Shown here: positions 60,614 through 64,000 of the stretch, one piece after another
How positions within the stretch are numbered: the stretch's first letter is position 1
Layout of the letters: every line of letters starts with the position of its first letter
Source: Eledone cirrhosa
Lineage: Eukaryota
Reading direction: 5' to 3'
DNA length: 64,000 bases
Assembly: GCA_964016885.1 (NCBI GenBank)
Contig: OZ024743.1
Span: 237,150,001-237,214,000, forward strand
Notes under the pieces: generated by a model
The model's database searches: none
The model's input: only the letters and a program-made list of their open reading frames with translations
Told to the model about the DNA's origin: nothing
Position numbers and translations under genes: made by a program

Positions 60614-62710
60614 TTACCGTACTTTTGGTAGAGGAGGGATGGTTTTTACATCCCTTTTCACTTGATCGTCTGGTGAAGGGACCGTTGAATCGTCCCTTCG
60701 GCTGGTCGTCGGCTCTTCTAAGAGAATGTCTGAATATACTCTTCGATTGATGATTCCTCCTAGGTCCCTGAAATCACCAACTGCGTTGGGGAATTTCGTT
60801 TTAATGTTTGTGTATTGTTTCTGTGCTATTTTTAGCAGTCTTATGTTAGTTGGCGTTTTGATTGGTGCTGGTATTATGTAGTCCTGTTGTGAAATGTCTG
60901 TGTGTTCAATTATGTAAGTCATTAGTTTCTTGTTGTGTGTGTTTATTGCCGTGCATTTGTTTTTCTGGGGGTGGGGTGTGGTTCTGCTATTTTCTTGTCG
61001 TTGTTGCTGGGTGTGTGTGTTTTGTTGTTGTGTTTGCGATGTTGGTGCTTGTGGTGGTGGTGTTGAAGGTGTTGTTGGCGGTGGGGTTGTCGCCGGTGGT
61101 GATGGTGGTGCTGGTGTGGGTGGTGATGGTGTTGGTGGTGTTGCTGCTGTGGGTCTCTTTGCAGTAGACTTTACCCTTTTCTCATTTCTTTCCTCCCTTT
61201 TCAAAGGCGACGATGCGCTGCTTCTGCGTTTGTGCCTTCTTGCGACCTTTTGCCATCCCTCTCCCACCTCACACTCCATGTCTGATTCTGTAAGGTCGGG
61301 GAGGGGTACCAGCTCCACTCTTTCACTTGTTGTTGTTGGTGATGTTTGCACTGGAGTCTCTGTTGCAGCTGCATTTGGTATTGCTGTTGTTGTTGTTAAT
61401 ATTTCCACTGCTGCTGCTGTCTTTGATTTCCGTGGAGTGGGTATGGGTGCCACGGACCTATCGTTCCTGGTTGCCGCTTGTCCTGTTGCTGGTAGCCGTG
61501 GAGCCGGATTCGGAAGGAGGGGGGTTTTCTCCTTTCTCAGGGTCTTCTCGTTGCAGAAGGCCCTGAGGTGAGTCTTCGATCCACAGCGAAAGCATTTCGG
61601 GCGTTTGCCCTCAACACTTATGGGCAGTTGAGTGCCGTTATCGAAGTCTATCACATCCGGGATAGCTTCGATGCACTCCTGGTTGGTTTGGATTAGCATC
61701 TCAATGGAGGAGCCGACCCAATCTTCTCTTACTTTTTTCTGTACTTGCAGTACAGTTGTTTTGTCCTCGATTCCGATTAGGACAGACGCGGCCAGCCAAG
61801 AAGGGGTCATTCCGGGGGGGACGTGGGTCAGTTTGACCCTCACAATTTTTTGCCCACAGTAGGAGGGCACCAACACCATTTCCTCGCTCCTTAGGGTCAC
61901 TACTGATTGGGCCTTTGCCTCCTGGGGTGTGGCAAAAAGTACGTCTACGGTGGCATATTTTTTGCCTCGGGTGATGTGCGTTTTCCGCTGCCACACAGAC
62001 CCTAAGGCTTTTTGTATTTGGGCCTCTGTGGCTCTTTCCACCCTACGGGATTTTGTACTTACTGTACGGTACGTGACCGTACAGTGCTCTTGGGTTTCGA
62101 AAAAATTTTTCGCTGCCTTGCAGATTGCTCGGTGTCCGTTCTTTGTCACCATCTTCTTCGCTTCCTCTAATTCCTCATTTGTTATGAGGATTGTTTCCAA
62201 GTTTTTCGCAATACCTGCAAATGAGATTGGTTTTTCTCTGCTGTTGTTGTTGTCGTCAGAGCTGCTGGTACTTTTGTTGTTGCTGCAGGTACTACGACTA
62301 CTGCCTCCGCCGCTGTTGCTGTGGTTGTTGTTGGTGTTGCTGCTGCTAATGCTGTTGTTGTTTATGCTGCTGGTGATGCTGTTGCGGCTGCTACTGTTGT
62401 TTTCATTGTCACTGTTGCTGTTGTTATTACGGCTGCTACTGCTATTATTCCTGACGTCAGACGAATGAACTGGGTTTTCGTATTTCCCGCACACCTGTTT
62501 CGTCGCTGTCGTCGTCGTCGTGGAGAAACCTTGCACGCTTTGCACGAGACTTTTCTTTTCTTTCGTCACTTGCGAAAGAGAAGGGAGGGAGAGAGACACA
62601 TTTAAAGAAGGGAGGGAGAGAGACAATCTTCTCTCTGCTGTAGTGATGATTGAGGAAGAAGAAGACGGAATGAGTGGGAGTGACGTATGAAATTTCTTTT
62701 TCGTAGCCAT
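60614..62710 (-). CDS. ORF1 (698 aa)
   Basis: Nearly identical to 54564-56642. Confidence 0.92.
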   Translation of the reverse strand: MATKKKFHTSLPLIPSSSSSIITTAERRLSLSLPSLNVSLSLPSLSQVTKEKKSLVQSVQGFSTTTTTATKQVCGKYENPVHSSDVRNNSSSSRNNNSNSDNENNSSSRNSITSSINNNSISSSNTNNNHSNSGGGSSRSTCSNNKSTSSSDDNNNSREKPISFAGIAKNLETILITNEELEEAKKMVTKNGHRAICKAAKNFFETQEHCTVTYRTVSTKSRRVERATEAQIQKALGSVWQRKTHITRGKKYATVDVLFATPQEAKAQSVVTLRSEEMVLVPSYCGQKIVRVKLTHVPPGMTPSWLAASVLIGIEDKTTVLQVQKKVREDWVGSSIEMLIQTNQECIEAIPDVIDFDNGTQLPISVEGKRPKCFRCGSKTHLRAFCNEKTLRKEKTPLLPNPAPRLPATGQAATRNDRSVAPIPTPRKSKTAAAVEILTTTTAIPNAAATETPVQTSPTTTSERVELVPLPDLTESDMECEVGEGWQKVARRHKRRSSASSPLKREERNEKRVKSTAKRPTAATPPTPSPPTPAPPSPPATTPPPTTPSTPPPQAPTSQTQQQNTHTQQQRQENSRTTPHPQKNKCTAINTHNKKLMTYIIEHTDISQQDYIIPAPIKTPTNIRLLKIAQKQYTNIKTKFPNAVGDFRDLGGIINRRVYSDILLEEPTTSRRDDSTVPSPDDQVKRDVKTIPPLPKVR

Positions 62711-62925
62711 GTTGTTTTTTGTTTAAAATGAAATTTTGGGTACAAAACCCCAATAACTGGTTATTTAACCCCGAAGGGCCAAATAACGGACAGAAAGACC
62801 CCTCTCACGAGGAGGAGGGTGTCTTTATCAACAATTTGGTTCAAGTTTTAAACAATTTACAATTGTTTTAACGGTTAAAAATTACTATACCTTACAGAGC
62901 CGAGCCTCCGTCAACCATGGCATTC

Positions 62926-62963
<38 letters not shown>

Positions 62964-64000
62964 TTTCTTTATTAACCACAAGGGTTTACATAAAGTAGAC
63001 ATTAAGGACAGTGCAGGACAATGCAGGACGGTACAAATGGGCATTTCTGCGTGTAAAAAAAACAAAAACAGAGGATGTAACAAAAATAACAATGAAAATA
63101 ACAATGAAAAATTCCCCAATAGGGGGGAGACTTCGGAGGGACATTTGTGGAGAAAGCCCAGTAAAAAGCCACAATGACCCTGACCACCAAGGCAAGTGCC
63201 CTCTCCCAGTTTTCCACCTTTAGTTTACAGATATATACTCAGAGTCGGCCCATTCACTCGGGCCATTCTTGCTTCTCTCACCCATCTTTCAACAAAATGC
63301 TGGGAAGAGAGCACTTCCCTCTCTACTCTGATTTTCCTTTTCAAATGAAATTTGAAAAAGTCAATCAGAGCATCACCGAAGAGGTAAGTGCTCGTCTTCA
63401 GCCCTTTCAAACGTGTCCACCATACTATCTCTTTCGCCATGGCCACCAGACAGATAAAAACTGCCTGCCCTTCCCGGCTAAAGGAGGAGGGCGGGGCAAT
63501 CCTCACGATGGACTCAGATGATAGCTGGATCCGTCCTAAACGCGACAGCAGGTGTTCGACATAAACCCACAAGTCAGCAATTTTCGGACACTGGACGAGT
63601 GCGTGCAGGACGGTTTCGTCGCCCTGTGCGCATCTCGGACATGCCCGGCTGACGGCACCTCCATGCCTGTAGAGTTTATCCCGAACTGGCAAGGCTCCTC
63701 GGTAGCACTGCCAGGCCAGAGATTTCTGGAAGTTGTCCATAGGCGCTGGCCCGAAAGTTCTTCCGAAGAGATTGGCTAGTTGATTTTCGTCGACGCCTAG
63801 AGTTTCCCCAAGTACGTCGTCGCTCTTCCCCTCCACTAATCCTCTATAGAAAGCCGAGGTGGAGTTTCCACCGATCACATTGCCCGATTGGTCGAGGGCT
63901 GTGAGCGCCTGAAGACATTCCAGTCTCCAGGCGCTCCCTCTCGGTCTTCGCTTGACCCAGGACTGCAGCTCCGTCAAGGAAACGAGCTGGGGAAAAACGC
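62926..64000 (-). mobile_element. Tx1/L1-clade LINE copy C (3' portion; continues beyond the window)
   Basis: Nearly identical to the 3' 1.07 kb of copy B, including the ORF2 C-terminus at 63225-63977. Confidence 0.95.

Larger units (their letters stand above)
56858..62925 (-). mobile_element. Tx1/L1-clade LINE copy B, intact and full length (6,068 bp)
   Basis: Both ORFs open; head-to-tail with copies A and C, joined by (AAT)n. Confidence 0.97.

Noticed and set aside
51821-62605. Plus-strand ORFs overlapping Tx1 ORF1/ORF2 (and similar ones over Gypsy pol)
   Set aside because: Antisense shadows of GC-rich coding sequence with no recognisable motifs

Overview
Eukaryotic, repeat-saturated DNA with no recognisable host gene. 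The SINE types and dense (TA)n/(TATG)n/(AAT)n microsatellites suggest a cephalopod (octopus-like) genome; that attribution is inference. Bases 1-25.2 kb are a 36-bp G-rich minisatellite (about 700 units) with higher-order duplications, and its long minus-strand 'SPTTLSYTRPTV' ORFs are repeat artefacts. The rest is a nested transposon field: a 64-bp tandem repeat, two degraded Penelope-like elements (RT + GIY-YIG) and several non-coding Penelope-type remnants carrying hammerhead motifs, tRNA-derived SINEs, RTE fragments, a mariner/pogo-type MITE, a Helitron-like element, a young 4.25-kb Ty3/Gypsy LTR element and a head-to-tail array of at least three Tx1/L1-clade LINEs. Most notable observations: (1) the Gypsy element has no canonical TGG primer-binding site; the 12 nt abutting its 5' LTR are complementary to nt 1-12 of tRNA-Phe, suggesting priming by a 5' tRNA fragment; (2) two different Tx1 families are fused to the same SINE at the same point just upstream of the B-box, one composite is bracketed by a single 12-bp target-site duplication, and the SINE and Tx1 3' ends resemble each other; (3) a duplicated putative double-pseudoknot RNA sits directly before a CTGATGA hammerhead box.
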